A stretch of 64,000 bases of DNA, from contig NW_027266341.1 of assembly GCF_022045235.1 (NCBI RefSeq), forward strand, positions 30,318,001 to 30,382,000, read 5' to 3'. Made by a program: the position numbers and the translations under genes. Of this stretch, positions 13,904-28,458 are shown piece by piece. The notes beneath the pieces are model-generated. The model saw only the letters and a program-made list of their open reading frames with translations. It made no database searches and had not been told where the DNA came from. The stretch's first letter is position 1. The number at the start of each line of letters is the position of its first letter. This DNA comes from Haliotis cracherodii. Lineage: Eukaryota.

Positions 13904-14645
13904 AGTTTGCTGCACATGTTCTCAACAGTTAAGAGCCACTGGAATTTGTCATGAATTGATATGAATTCTCGTTTGCATTTCGTTTGAAGTTGTGGTGTAT
14001 GACGTGTACATTGTATACTGACCCACACTTCGTTACCCTCATATTATGAATGAAGTTTTCCCTTGAGTTTGTCATGAGGGGTTTAAAGTACAAAGTTAAA
14101 AAAGCAAAACATTTGAAGGAATTAAACTTCATCTGTTCTGATATTGCAAAAACATAAGGCAATTCCTGTGACTGTGACTATTAATTCTACTTGATTCAAA
14201 TACTTTCTGTGAATTTAAAGAAACTTTGTCTCCGCCATTTCGAAACAAGTTTTTAATTGAGAACAAAGCCAATTTGAATGGAGTTCGTGTTGACGTCATT
14301 ACTTTTCTCAAATATATATACAAATACCAACTCAAAATGCGTCTTTTATAAAACTGAGTGACTCCTAAGCCGATCAATAGTGGAATGGAGCTTATCATAG
14401 ACGTGATAGTACATGATTGGTGAATATTTGTGTTGTAATATGTTTCGAATTTTGATTTTAAAGGATTCCAATCTCCCGTACATAATATTGAAAATGTGGC
14501 AATGCTAGATCAGCGAGCACTAACTATGATTAGTGCTACATGTGACCTCTGACATCCCCTTTTGTTAGCGTTCATTGACCTCTTAATGCTCAGGAGTGGA
14601 CAGTAAAAAATGAAAATGACATATAGTTTCAGCTCGTCTGGTTAC

Positions 14646-14718
14646 CTCTTAATGGGATGACCTCCACCATTTCGTCCTCACTGTCATCTTCCAGAGTGGT
14701 CAACGTATTTGTGGCCAT
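14646..14718 (-). CDS. Probable first coding exon of STAND-ankyrin copy 1 (MATNTLTTLEDDSEDEMVEVIPLR)
   Basis: ATG at 14718 in acaATGg context, 24 codons + 1 nt, then donor |gtaacc, in phase with the 81-bp exon. An acceptor tttgtcag| precedes 14775 (5' UTR part). No counterpart was found in copy 2. Confidence 0.55.
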
Positions 14719-16287
14719 TGTAGTCCTTCACATCAACAATTAACACACAGACGAAACTACCACGTGAGGATGCACCTGACAAACGAAATCAATAATGCAT
14801 ATCTTATTCAGATTTCGTTTGACTTTCAAGTTTCACTTCATAGTTTCGTGTTTCCTTGCATTTTAGAAATTTTATTTGGAACCGAATGCTTAAGCATGAC
14901 GTTATTACACTAAAAATGTTTTTAAAAAAAATTTAGGCAGTGCTAGCTGGGAAGTGTAAAGACACACACTCGTAATACTCCCAAGCCAATGTGACAAACT
15001 GCCACCAAATCTATTGGATCTCACTACAAACACGGGACACCGTGTTCCAGAAATACCTATTTTTGTTTCTTTCTTACTTAACGACAGCTATATGACTATT
15101 TTCTGTGAATAATTGAATCTGGACCAAACAATCCTCAGTAACGTCATGAAGATCGTTCTACGCAATTAGGATACGACGGCATGCATCCACCAAATCGAGG
15201 AGCCTTACCATCTGATACCGTTAGTCGCCTCTTGTAACAGCAAAGTCGCCTCTTACGAGATGTGTTGCTGAAGACCAATTCTAAACCAGTTCTAAACTTC
15301 CACAGAACGGTTTGAGACCCGCAAAACTTAAATGTTTTCTATCAACGATAGGCCTAAAAACAAGAACTGTTTCTCATATCAAACAATTATTATCCTCAAA
15401 ATGCATCGGAAATTAAAAGAGTAAGACTTACTGTGTATCAAGCGAGATCATCATCCCTAATTTGCTTGTAATACCTGGAACATCTTCAAGCTGACGCTCC
15501 CTCGCTTGTCACACTCAGAATATCGCTTAAACAACGTGCTGATCCATTTGTTTAATTTGAATGCCCTCTGTATAAATAGACTCAAGGCCACACACTCCAT
15601 ATAACACCGCTAGTCTTTGTCACTGTTTCTCCAGCCAAATTATTGAAACGCAAATCAATGATATTCATGAGAATACCAAATACTTTATTGCTACGACATA
15701 ATGTCAATCGATAGCCAGCTCATTCGCTCCATTGAAACCAACACGGCACAGATGGCCCAAATGATACCAGCTTGAAGTGGGTGTGTCTCGGAGAGCAGCT
15801 TCATGAGTCACAGGCTTGACGTATACAATTTTGTACACGATTTCCTAGCGTGATATTACGCCACATCCCCTGCAATATGGCCAGGTGATCCACCTACTCT
15901 TAGTACAATGCAGACTTTGAAGTCTCTAAATCACACAACATAATAATAAACCTCAGGAAACATCATTACTGATAGGTGATCACACTGAAAGCATTGAATT
16001 TAGTTGCAAAAACTGTGTTTTCTTGAGACATTATTTGCAATGAGTGTCTGTGGTTAATACCAATAGCCTCGAGTCTAAGTTTCTATTTTTGTATTCAAGA
16101 ATCCCTGACTACGGTTCACTGATGTTCAACCTGGTTTGAGGGGTCAGTCTACCTCCTGCTCATTCTTTTGAAGACACCCTACAAATGGATGTCCTACCAG
16201 TAAACATTTTCCTTGCAGTGCTAACATGCTATTTGGAAAGAACACATGATGTATTTAATCGTTTCCACGTGGACTCTTTGTTATATA

Positions 16288-17803
16288 TACTGAACTGCAA
16301 AAGAAACGCCACCATGGATAGATATATTAGAAACCCTATTTGTCCAAAAACTGTAAACATACTTTGAGACATATTTAAAAGATGAAACTTGGCAAAACTG
16401 ATCATCAAGGTTGAAATTAAAGTGAAACACAACAATAGTCTCTGAGAAAATGGCACCACAAGTTTGCATCTCGTGTGTCCGCCATGTGCATTGATGACGG
16501 CCGTGCAACGCCGATACATAGAATGGATGAGGCGGTTGATGAAGGCCATAGGCACTTGAGCCCACACTCGGAGGAGCGCCTGACGCAGTTCAGCTGCAGT
16601 TGTCGGCCTTGGTCGGACGTCATTCAGCTGTCTTTGAATCTCGTCAAACAGGTGCTCAAAGGGATTTAAATCGGGACTGAGGACAGGCCACTGCATGGTT
16701 CTGATGCTATTCTGCTGGAGAAGGTCTCTTGTTGCTCTCGCAGTGTGGGCACGGGCGTTACCATGCTGAAACTCGTGGTTGCGGCGACGTGCCAAATGAG
16801 GTATGGCGTGTGGTCTCAAGACTTGATCGATGTACCGAGCTGCTGTGACACCATTGCCTCTCCCTGGACCGATGTTCTGAGAGACCACAGGGCCGACCCT
16901 CTGTGCAAGACCAATTCCAACCCACACCATGATGCTCGGACCATCCCATGAGTCTCTCGCAACAATACAAGCATGCGAATAACGTATCCCACGGCGTCGT
17001 CAGCCTCTCTCTCTCTGCCATCTGCTGAAATACATGAAATACGGTAACGGCTCTCGTCTGAGAAGAGGACTCTTCTCCACTGCTGGTGGCGCCAGAGCTG
17101 GTGCTGTGTGGCCCACTGAAGACGGTCCCGGCGAAGACGTGGTTTCAGAATGGGTCCTCTGTGTCGCCTGTGAGAGTGGATGTGTCTGCTCGTCAATCGT
17201 CAACGCACGGTGTCCGCATTAATGTGTCGCTGGTGTGTCCCCATGGTCTGTCGAGCAGTTTCCGCAGCAACAGTAACAAAGCAATCTTGAAGATGCTGTC
17301 GCACAATCTGACGATCCTGACGTCGGGTGGCGACCCTTGGTCTTCCTCCACGTTGTTAGTCATCTGTAGTGTTGGTGGGCTGGTGCCGTTGCTGGAGCCT
17401 GTATATGGCCCTTAACTGGACTTGAAATGCATTGGCAACTTGCCGGGCGGTTTGTCCAGCTTGCAATCGCCCAAAGGCTTGGTGTCGCTGATTTCTTGTC
17501 AATCGTGGCATGTGGTAGCAATTCAATAACGAATGAATGTTTTCCGATCTGGGTGGATTTTTATAGGGCAAGAAATGGGGTAACGCACAGAACACACGTG
17601 CATTGGGTTACCATGGCTGTTGCCGTGATGCGTTTGGGCGATCGGTTTTATTGTCATCTGCTTTGTTTTTTTTATCATCAAATTTAATATTTCCGGACGA
17701 GGTAATGTTAAATTTTAGAAACTTTGACAAAGATTACACAGATATTTAAAGGATTACTTTTATGCAATGTTCCTTGGGGTGATGTTTCTTTTGCGATTCA
17801 GTA
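16288..17803 (-). mobile_element. Full-length decayed Tc1-family transposon (1516 bp)
   Basis: TIRs tactgaactgcaaaagaaac and gtttcttttgcgattcagta, flanked by TA. Frameshifted transposase: MPRLTRNQRHQAFGRLQAG (HTH), WRRVLFSDESRY, VWVGI, FQHGNARAH (D to G), WPVLSPDLNPFEHL. Confidence 0.92.
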
Positions 17804-17963
17804 TAATGAAAGCCTAAAAACTATATTCACACAAACACACAGCAATGTCGACAAAACGGAAGAGATGCAAAGTGAAATATACTATTGCTGCCCATTGTAC
17901 ACATGCCTTATCCCAGCCTGGTATAAATGCTTAAGTAAAATGATGATTTGCGTATATACGAAT

Positions 17964-18100
17964 TTGTGTGTGTGTGTATGTGTGTGTCTTCGCGTATGTG
18001 TATGTGTGTGTGTCTTCGTGTGTGTGTGTATATGTATCTTCGTGTGCGTGTGTCTTCGTGTGTGTGTGTATGTGTCTTCGCCTCGCGCGTGTGTGTGCGC
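17964..18100. repeat. Degenerate (GT)n microsatellite
   Basis: Direct reading. Confidence 0.9.
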
Positions 18101-18904
18101 ATTACATGCAAATGAATGTTACTGAGGCAGGTAGAGAGCCATTTTGTTTTGAACAATGTGTTATTGATTTGTTTGCTGTTTGTAGTTTTCATAGATATTA
18201 TAATTGTTGTACTTCACGCGAGTGCGCACATAAGCACGCACATACAGTCTTACATGCATATGTTCAGTCAAATAGCTGACAGTTACAGACACATATTATC
18301 CTCATTTGTTCAAAGTGGACATGAATTCTGGACGGATGCATATGACATTGAAAACAAAAAGAAAGGACATAAATATACCTCAGGAATTATCGTCCTCACC
18401 AGCGGTCACTGCCAGTGCGCACATAGGCATGTTCTTACAGTAATACATGAATATGTTTTCACATTACCCATGTGAGGTATATTATTCTCAGTTCTTCTTC
18501 GTGCAGAAGTACATGGTACATGGTGCAACCTCCAAGGTACAGACAATATTGTGGAATTTGGCTTTCTAAGTTAGAAGTATTTAACACAATAGAGCATATA
18601 CAAGGTTTGATATGATGTTGCAAATTTATTTAGATTAGATATATTTTTCAGGCAACAAGCACATATTTTTCAATGCATAATCAGTTAGTTGCTGGTGTTA
18701 CGGGTAGGACAGGACATGCTTACTATTTTCGCAAAACCTCATCCCTTAATCCATTCATATAATTTTCACCACTATTTTGGCTTTAACGCCCAATGGAATG
18801 TGTTTCGTTGGATAATTCAGACTGATTATTCACTGGCGTTGACATTATATCGTTACTTTTATATCATAGGCATATTAGCTGTAATTGTATCAGTGATAGT
18901 ATAT

Positions 18905-19155
18905 ATGTGTGACGCCGCTTTTAACAGTATTCAAGTTATATTGCGGCGTGTCAACTTAATGTGGGAGGAAAGCCCGAAGTGATGCAGGTCTCAAGGGAAA
19001 CCCACGAGCAAGGGTATGGTGCTGACAAACTTAGAAACATAATTGGAGCGAACCGGGATTCGAACCCACAATCATAGGTTTCTGTCGTGCCCAAGGGACG
19101 CAACCCTGCACAGCGAATCACGGCGCCGTAGACGACTGGGCCACCCGTTCCCCCT
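18905..19155 (-). mobile_element. tRNA-derived SINE (family A)
   Basis: Reverse complement of 4102-4254, including the B-box (gggattcgaaccc on +), plus a 3' tail. Confidence 0.75.
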
Positions 19156-19219
19156 TTCCCAAGATAACTTGCTGATCTTAAACTATTTAAGTCTTGCTAA
19201 GTGTTGTGTGTATATGTGT

Positions 19220-19445
19220 TTCAGACCGGACTAACGCGGTCGTTATAGTGCTAGAAAGAGTCACCATGCTGCACAGTATACTGACCCGGAGCTGACCAGT
19301 CTTTGTTTTATCACCTAAATGGAAAGGGGCATGCTGGGTAACAAGTACCATCTTTAACGTCTCTTTATTAAATCGTGCCCGGAGATCAAACGACCCATCT
19401 TCCGCTCTCTAGGAAGACGCTTAATCCACAAGATCACAGGGGCAG
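19220..19445 (-). mobile_element. Diverged SINE (family of 59442-59794)
   Basis: cagtatactgacccggagctgaccagtc...gggtaacaagtaccatcttt...cttccgctct matches 59545-59790. Confidence 0.7.
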
Positions 19446-19459
19446 TCTTTGTCTTTGAA

Positions 19460-19630
19460 ATCATGCGCTGGAGGGTTGAATTATGGCGTGTAAAGTAGTC
19501 TGAACAGCTTTTATTCCAGGAGCTACCACGATGCGCAGGTGGTGCCGATAGCTTTACTATTTCCTTCTTGACTTCGCGATAGCCAGGACGAAGTTAACTT
19601 TTACAATTGATATCCACTCTGTCAAGTTAT
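19460..19630 (-). pseudogene. Isolated remnant of the 3' end of a third STAND-ankyrin copy
   Basis: cagcttttattcc..gagctaccac...ttgacttcgcgatagccaggacgaag...caattgatatccact aligns to 5115-5270 and 28375-28530 (last codons and 3' UTR). Confidence 0.7.
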
Positions 19631-20299
19631 CTAAAGCTGGGAATACATCATAATACATTACTGTCACTCGAATTCTGTATTGGTTTACGCCACGCCCAAC
19701 CATTTGAACTATACCGCGGAGGTCTGTAAATACTAGTAATTGAGGCTGGAACAGCCAATAGTTGATGGCATGTAATAGGACACAATCTGATTAAAAAAAT
19801 ATAATCACAATTGTTTCACATAATGTAATGATGTGATTGCTAGGTGTTACAATATCCCCGATTTGATGCAAGCAACATGCAATATACAATAACAAGAAGA
19901 GTGTGGGATCTAGTTAATAGTGTTTAACAGTCTCAAAGCATTTTCAACGTATTGTCAATGAGGGTTTGATTCATTCTAATAGCTCAGACTATTGTGATCC
20001 TCAATAGGCTGATATTCTGGGGCAATAATATAGGCAACATGATTTCCTACAGTACCATACATACAAGTTATAAGTACATAGGTACAGTGTACAGAGGGTC
20101 AGAGGATCTGCCCTTGTAGTGGAGCAGCTTGACTGCACTTGTGTGTTGGTGACTTCCTCGAGAATGGTATGAATGTCAACGCAACAGTACTGAGCCGTTA
20201 GCGTTGAATCCATATCAGCCGCAATTAGAGGCTATCCTACATACACCATGTGGGCTACGATGTACTGCACACAATTCAAGTGTATGATGTGTGATGCAG

Positions 20300-22400
20300 A
20301 GAGGGAACGGAGTACACAGAATGGACAAGGAAGCGCCAGTACAAGGCAGTGGATGTTGCAAAGAGAAAGTGTTTTGATAGGTATGTTACAAAAGCTAAGC
20401 GACAATACGCAGAAAAGGCTATAGATGATATAGTAAAGCTTTGCGATTCAGAAGTTGACTTTTAGAAGAACACTGGAAATTAGGTGACTGAGAATATACC
20501 ATTTGAAGTTCAAGTATCGGATTGAACAATATCAAGTGAGGGGTTTAGAAGGAAGCATATTGGGCCCTCTTAAACTTTAATGTTAGTGAAGGCAGACATG
20601 AAGGCGACTGTGATGTTTGAGGTGAAGAATATACCGCGCTTAACACTGTTCTATACTCCACACTATTATACAGGCTCAGCATGGCACATCTTCAGGGTGT
20701 GACAAAATACCAGCAGAGGGGCTTAAAAATGAAAACTGTGTTAGTTTTATTCAGAAACTGTTTGACTTGTGCTTTCGTTTAGGGAAAATGCTCTTCGTGT
20801 GGGTAAAGGGTACAATTAACGCTGTACCAAAGAGTTCTACTGCAGTCCCAAGAGATTTGCTTTCGTACAAAGGTATTGCTTTGACACGCTCAACTTACAT
20901 GATGCACTGCTGTGTCCTGAACAACCAACTTCCCAAACACGCTCAACTTAACGACCTCTTGTCTGACAGCCACAATGACTTTAGAAGCGGACGATCTTCT
21001 ACAGAGCATGTGTCAACCTTACCCTCCATTATAGAAACCGGTCTTGAACAGTCAACTTTGTCACCTTCGTAGATTCCAAGAAAGCATATGACTGTATAGA
21101 AATAAATATTTTATGGAAAAAAAATAGGAAACATTGGTATTCATGGACTGTTTTATTGTGCAGTTTACATCACTATGTACGTATGTCAAAATAGGAAACA
21201 TTGGTATTCATGGACTGTTTCATTATGCAGTTTACATCACTATGTACGTATGTCAAGTGTTATGTTGTATGCAAACGACAACATTTTAATCGCGGAAATG
21301 AAGGAAATATGAATCTAATACTAGATTGTCTTAATGTAGTGCCTGGAAAGTAAAATGACTATCAATGCACCAAAATCAAGATCAATCCACTTCAGAAATC
21401 CGTCTGTGCGCAGAACCACATGCATAATAAATTATTTGTGGAACAACGCCTATTGAAGTTGCCATCAGTTACAACCATTTAGTATTGCTAGTCACAGAAC
21501 ATTTAGATTATCAAGCATGGCACTAGGGCTCCTGATCTCCAAGTTTTAAATCCTCGGTGGCATGAAGTATAATACGTACACTAAACTGTACGACTCCATG
21601 GTGTGGTCTACAATCCAGCTCGGAGCAGAAGTCTTGGGAAACCATTACCTCTCGTGTATAAATGGAATTCAAAATAAGGCTGTGAAACTTTTATGGGCCT
21701 TAGACAATTTGCTCCAACTAATTTTGAATCAGGAGACTTGGGAAGGGTACCTTTAACAATACGACAGTTGGAGCCCGTACCTAAGTTATATGAACGCATT
21801 ATCTCTCTTCAACACAGAATACGAAGGAAAGGTTTTATGTGGGTCAACAGACGTGATGGATAAGAAGAGAAACTGGATTCGTACAGTTCATTCCAAGTAT
21901 AAAGACTTAGTACTGGAAGCTTCATTTCAACGGATTATGGTTTTCATTATCGTCATATTAGTAAACAAGTAAGAGAAAGTATTTGAGAAGTACAAAAGAG
22001 ACTTTACTGCATCAGTAAACCAAGTTAACAGTTAAAGGGGTAACGGAGGAAACAAACTACGTCTGTACAACCAGTTGACGAGCGAACACAGTGTGGAGCA
22101 TTTCAACCAATTTGCAATGTCTACATTAAATGGTAAATAGCCAGCAGTTTTTAGGAGCTGGATGGCTCCTATTCGATTGGAAACTGGACGGTATACAAAC
22201 AAACGGTTATTACACTGCCCAATGTATAATGGTGTTCGCCAGTGTTTACTTAATATATGTAATGAAGTGTGGTGAAATTAAAGCAATTAAAGTGATGTTG
22301 TTAAAGTTCTTATTAATATTTAGGAGATCGGTCTTTTTCAAATATGCTTTGTACATACCTTCAGTCTCTCATAACCCAAAAGGAGTGGCTCAATTTTATG
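20300..22400 (+). mobile_element. Decayed LINE ORF2 (RT) remnant
   Basis: ORF 20767-21072 has PKSS...SYKGIAL...VLNNQL...LLSDSHNDFRSGRSSTEHV (YRGI.L and EQNGFR.GRS motifs), followed by VDS.KAYD. Many stops, and an internal ~69-bp duplication at 21121-21255. Confidence 0.7.
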
Positions 22401-24039
22401 GCACATTATATAATATATATAAGTAAAAATAAGGTGAGAATCAAATAAACTAACTGCATGTCTGTCTGTCTGTCTGTCTGCAAAACCCTGAATTAAGTTT
22501 TAATCCACCCTCATCTAAATCAAATCGTCAAACATTGGCATAATGTACATTTTCTCTCCTTTATAAAAAAAACAGTCAATCATCTCCGATTTTCAACAAT
22601 TGACCTGTGATTTTAGCAGTTCTGAAGCGTGTTAGATATATACGTAGGTTAGAGGGTTATAATGTCAATTATGGCTCCAAGGAAGGTATCTCTTTATAAA
22701 TATAAGTAATATCCTTTGATGAATTCACTTTGGAAGGTCTCCTATTTTGAACAAACGGTTCAATCAAAACTGTTGCAATCATGACAAACAAGAGATATCA
22801 TTTGTGAAATCATTCAGAAATGGGAAGTTGTCGTCTTGATTACATTGGGTAAATGAAACATTAATTTCCAAACACTATCTGAGGAGTCATCAGATGATGG
22901 TAATTTACACCAGTACGAGATTTAGTGAACATGTTCAGTGAATTATAATTAAGGTAGGCCTACATGTTTAATACATTTTAAATGTACATGTTCCAAGAGT
23001 ATTGGTTTCTCAAAGCCCACTATTTCTGAATCATCTAGCAATATGGAATGAACCAGTTGGTTCAAATTTATTTAATCTGAAAATCGATAAGCATTTCTAA
23101 CAGCCTATTGTGTTTGTAACAATTTATACATAGTCCTCGATGCCTGATCTGTCAGTCTATTCTGAGCTTTACACATTCTTCGGGTGTCTGACACAAAAAA
23201 CACATGCCTTATTTGCTGACAATATTACATCCTTTTGACTTATTGATTACATTATTCTTCAAATACAGCTAAACATTTTCTCAGACGATCTGAAGTTTAA
23301 TCCTTCAGCATATCAAACCATATAATATCACTATAGTTTTAGTACAGACCAAGTGAATTCAATAATAATGTTATTTAGACTTTGAACAAAATGTTTACCT
23401 TATTGTACACCAATACAAAACAATTATGTGAAACATGCGTTATCTGGTAGAGTAAAAGTGTCTCAGCGCATTCAGAATAACCACATTGTAAATTGTTGAG
23501 TAGTTATTCCTGATCCCGGCTTGCGCTTCGCTGACAGAAAACGATCAGAGAAAGGTTGTACATGTAGCCAGTTAGTCAATACAGACGGGAACAAATTAAC
23601 CAGAAAGTAAAAGAAATATAAATTTTACTGACTTTTACGTCTCTCATAACTCAATAAGAGTGGCTCAATACACTGTATGTATAATGTATTATAATTTTGT
23701 ATTTTTAAGGACTGTATGGAGGTGAGACGAGAATAAAGTTTCTGTCTGTCTGCCCCTCAATGCCAGGTTCAGCTTAACAGCTTTACTTTTTATTGATTGG
23801 CTTGATTTAAGCTACAAGCCAGGATTCAATGGGAGAAAGCAATTGTCAAGGATTAGGTTGACATATGTTACACCAACAGGAAATATTATATGGGCAGAAG
23901 TGTTGATGTATTCGTTGTATATAAAGTCAAAACTACACACGCTTCATAGGTATACAAATACGGTCAATACATGTGCACAGTACAATGTACAAGTCTGTAG
24001 AATTACAGGAGTGGCAGAAGGGCCAGCTGTTTGGTATGT

Positions 24040-26200
24040 ACCTTTAACTTGCAGGATATATGCTCAATCGGACATGTCGTACAAAAAACACATACAAGGT
24101 GTGACATTATCCTGCAGGATATATGCTTATTCGGACATACTGTACAAAATATAACACATACAAGGTGTGACAGTATCCTGCAATATATAGGCTTATTTGG
24201 GCAAGCCGTACAAAATAAGTCGCATACAAGGTGTTACATTATCCTGCAGGATATACGTTCATTTGGGCAAGCCGTACAAAAAAAAAACACATACAAGGTG
24301 TGACATTATCCTGCAGGATATATGCTTATTCGGACATACTGTACAAAATATAACACATACAAGGTGTGACAGTATCCTGCAATATATAGGCTTATTTGGG
24401 CAAGCCGTACAAAATAAGTCGCATACAAGGTGTTACATTATCCTGCAGGATATACGTTCATTTGGGCAAGCCGTACAAAAAAAAAACACATACAAGGTGT
24501 GACATTATCCTGCAGGATATATGCTTATTCGGACATACTGTACAAAATATAACACATACAAGGTGTGACATTATCCTGCAATATATAGGCTTATTTGGGC
24601 AAGCTGTACAAAATATAACACATACAAGGTGTGACATTATCCTGCAATATATAGGCTTATTTGGGTAAGCTGTACAAAATATAACACATACAAGGTGTGA
24701 CAGTATCCTGCAATATATAGGCTTATTTGGGCAAGCCGTACAAAATATAACACATTCATGGTGTGACAGTATCCTGCAATATATAGGCTTATTTGGGCAA
24801 GCTGTACAAAATATAACATATACAAGGTGTGACAGTATCCTGCAATATATAGGCTTATTTGGGCAAGCCGTACAAAATATAACACATACAAGGTGTGACA
24901 GTATCCTGCAATATATAGGCTTATTTGGGCAAGCTGTACAAAATATAACACATACAAGGTGTGACAGCATCCTGCAATACATATGCTTATTTGGGCAAGC
25001 TGTACAAAATATAACACATACAAGGTGTGACAGTATCCTGCAATATATAGGCTTATTTGGGCAAGCTGTACAAAATATAACACATACAAGGTGTGACAGC
25101 ATCCTGCAATACATATGCTTATTTGGGCAAGCTGTACAAAATATAACACATTCAATGTGTGACAGTATCCTGCAATATATAGGCTTATTTGGGCAAGCTG
25201 TACAAAATATAACACATACAAGGTGTGACAGTATCCTGCAATATATAGGCTTATTTGGGCAAGCCGTACAAAATATAACACATACAAGGTGTGACAGCAT
25301 CCTGCAATATATAGGCTTATTTGGGCAAGCTGTACAAAATATAACACATACAAGGTGTGACATTATCCTGCAATACATATGCTTATTTGGGCAAGCTGTA
25401 CAAAATATAACACATACAAGGTGTGACAGCATCCTGCAATATATAGGCTTATTTGGGCAAGCTGTACAAAATATAACACATACAAGGTGTGACAGCATCC
25501 TGCAATACATAGGCTTATTTGGGCAAGCTGTACAAAATATAACACATACAAGGTGTGACAGCATCCTGCAATATATAGGCTTATTTGGGCAAGCTGTACA
25601 AAATATAACACATACAAGGTGTGACAGTATCCTGCATTATATAGGCTTATTTGGGTAAGCCGTACAAGCTGTACAAAATATAACACATACAAGGTGTGAC
25701 AGTATCCTGCAATATATAGGCTTATTTGGGCAAGCTGTACAAAATATAACACATACAAGGTGTGACAGTATCCTGCAATATATAGGCTTATTTGGGCAAG
25801 CTGTACAAAATATAACACATACAAGGTGTGACAGCATCCTGCAATATATAGGCTTATTTGGGCAAGCTGTACAAAATATAACACATACAAGGTGTGACAG
25901 TATCCTGCAATATATAGGCTTATTTGGGCAAGCTGTACAAAATATAACACATGCAAGGTGTGACAGTATCCTGCAATATTTAGGCTTATTTGGGCAAGCT
26001 GTACAAAATATAACACATTCAAGGTGTGACATTATCCTGCAGGATATATGCTTATTCGGGCATGCTGTACAAAATAAAACACATACAATGTGTGACATTA
26101 TCCTGCAGGATATACGCTCATTCGGGCACAGTATCCTGCAGGATATACACTTATTTGGGCAAGCTGTACAATATAAAAACAGTATACTACAGGATATACG
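24040..26200. repeat. 66-bp minisatellite, about 32 units, paralogous to 3270-4098
   Basis: Unit catacaaggtgtgacagtatcctgcaatatataggcttatttgggcaagctgtacaaaatataaca. A 199-bp three-unit higher-order repeat starts at about 24083, 24283 and 24482. Confidence 0.95.
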
Positions 26201-27559
26201 CTAAGTCAGGGGCGGGTCAAGAGGGATATCATAGTATCAAGAAATAACTATAAAATAACTGCCACTACTGTTTACCATCTACAAAATGGTTCTTTTTCTG
26301 TCTGAAAATGTATTTCAGGGATGCACCTCCTGATGTTATCGGATTTTGAAATGCATTCCTGAAGGCGATATCAGTTGTGTTTCAAGTTGTTCCACATAAG
26401 CATTGAACAGTGTAAAGGATATTTGGGAGATAAACAATGTTGAGCTAGGTTACCTGTAGATTTAACCGCGCTAATTAGATTTTGGAACCGAACGCGCAGC
26501 ATTGAAAACACAGTATGTTTATCACCATTCTACCATGACTAAATAAACCGCGAACTCTTTTGTTGAGTCCAATGTTTTGAGTGGGTTGTCTATCTGAATT
26601 ACGGAATTACTGACAACAGGCTGTAAGCCAAATATGGCACTGTATATGTTCAAGCAGTTTGTTTACACTGTTATACTTCACTCGAATATATGACATGCAT
26701 TAAAAGCATATATGCACTAAAACTTTGTAAGCTAACATGACGTGGGCATCCCTAAAGAAAACTGACCAAACTTTGAACGTCATTCGTTCTACACCGCACG
26801 TCACCATTATCACGTCATATCGCTCATTGTGACGCAAAAGATATGACGCCACAGTCGTGTATAGTACAGCACCAAATTCCATTTGTACTCTGTAATTGTA
26901 GGTATAACGATTTAAATATGCTACCAACAATGACTGCAAAAAAGTATTTTTCTATAATTATTAGCTAACGCGGTGATGCGGCCGTCAAATCAGCTATTTC
27001 AGAGGGGGTTTATTGTGATTTAATAGCGAGAATCGAGTAATTTCTAAATTCATGGTAGAATAACTGTTATCTTATAGGTGTGGATTATTATCAGACAATA
27101 TTCTATGATGTTGTCACTGTACATGACCCCATAAACAAGGGTATCAGTTACAAGCGAACTATACAAAGAAAAGTTTTAAGTTGTATTTCGGTGTGACTGA
27201 TGACTTCATTTAGGAGATAATAAACATACCGTGTTTTCAGTTTTGCAAGATTAAATTGAATTTGGACCCTAACATGCTGCGTTATGTCAATTCAACCATG
27301 ACAAAATAAAACGAGAACTCTTTGTTCTAAGCAAAGACATTGAGTGAAGCGGCTTTGGTTGAGTCCATTGTTTTGAGTGGGTTGTCAATCTGAAATACGG
27401 AAACCCGGATAATGAAATAAATATGGCGTTATATTTGCACAAACAGTTTTTGACACATCGTAATACATGTACGTCACTCGCCTATTTGCCAGGCGCTGAA
27501 AGTATGCAACACACAGTATTTTGTGACCCAGTTACTCGAACACAACTTTAAAACATACT

Positions 27560-28080
27560 TTTACAAGGGTTGCTCCATAGATTATGTCTAAAGATCTTAA
27601 CTGGAAACATATGTATACACAAAATATAAGTACTAAGCATGTTACACTTCTGGATTTCCAATATAGATTCATTCACATTATTATGCTAAAAGAACCCCTG
27701 AGAATGAAGTTAGTCAGTACAAATAAATCCTCGTTTTGTAAGATGGAAGGAGTAGGTATTCTTCATGTCTTCTATGAATAGAACATTGTCAATCAGATGA
27801 TGGTACTGCAAAACGTCTAAACTACCTCTCATCACAAACAATCAGTTTCAACTTCAGAACTATATATTTTGGTCGTGAATTCTTCACTCCTCAACCACAT
27901 CATTCTAGCCAGCAGGAAGTATATAAACCGAGGTAGTAAAATCGGTTCTAAACATTTAATTTGATGTGTGATTTTAAGAAAACACTTAATATATCTTTCA
28001 CTAAACTATTTTCAAAAGAAAAATGAAGCCGATGGCAGTTTTAATAAAATGTGAAGGCAACTACCAAACATGTTGAGAAT
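27560..28080 (+). mobile_element. L1/Tx1-like LINE C-terminal remnant (paralogue of 4440-4860)
   Basis: DFQYRFIH...(C/S)SFCK...ILHVFYEC-type peptide in ORF 27584-27781 and at 4500-4565. Confidence 0.5.
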
Positions 28081-28158
28081 ATATGGTTAGAACCAGATTA
28101 AACAGCTACACATGTTCCCAGAAATGTCATTTTAAGAAAGAGTGTGAGTGTGTTTTTG

Positions 28159-28214
<56 letters not shown>

Positions 28215-28216
28215 TG
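28159..28216. repeat. (GTGC)n microsatellite
   Basis: Direct reading. Confidence 0.95.
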
Positions 28217-28458
28217 TTTGTTGGGGTGGGTGGAACTGTGACGGGAACAGTCGCGTAAACTTTCACACGTGCTTATGATGTACTAAGAGACTGAATGCTG
28301 CGAGCTACATGTTGCTCAGACGCCTGTCTGCAGCTAAAACGTATATTTGACAGCTTTTCTGCTTTGAAAACATGCGCTACAATTGTGGTTCATAATGTAA
28401 TGTGAGCAGCTTTTATTCCTTGAGCCACCACTGTACGGAGGTGGTACGGGGAGCCATA

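Noticed and set aside
17724-18279. CV-rich / TH-rich ORFs (also 12618-12863 and 4730-5033)
   Set aside because: Microsatellite translations.
24040-26200. Long Cys-rich or repetitive ORFs (24458-25564, 3247-4071 etc.), and a possible CRISPR-like array
   Set aside because: Head-to-tail 66-bp units with no unique spacers and no cas genes. The ORFs arise on both strands from the repeat period.
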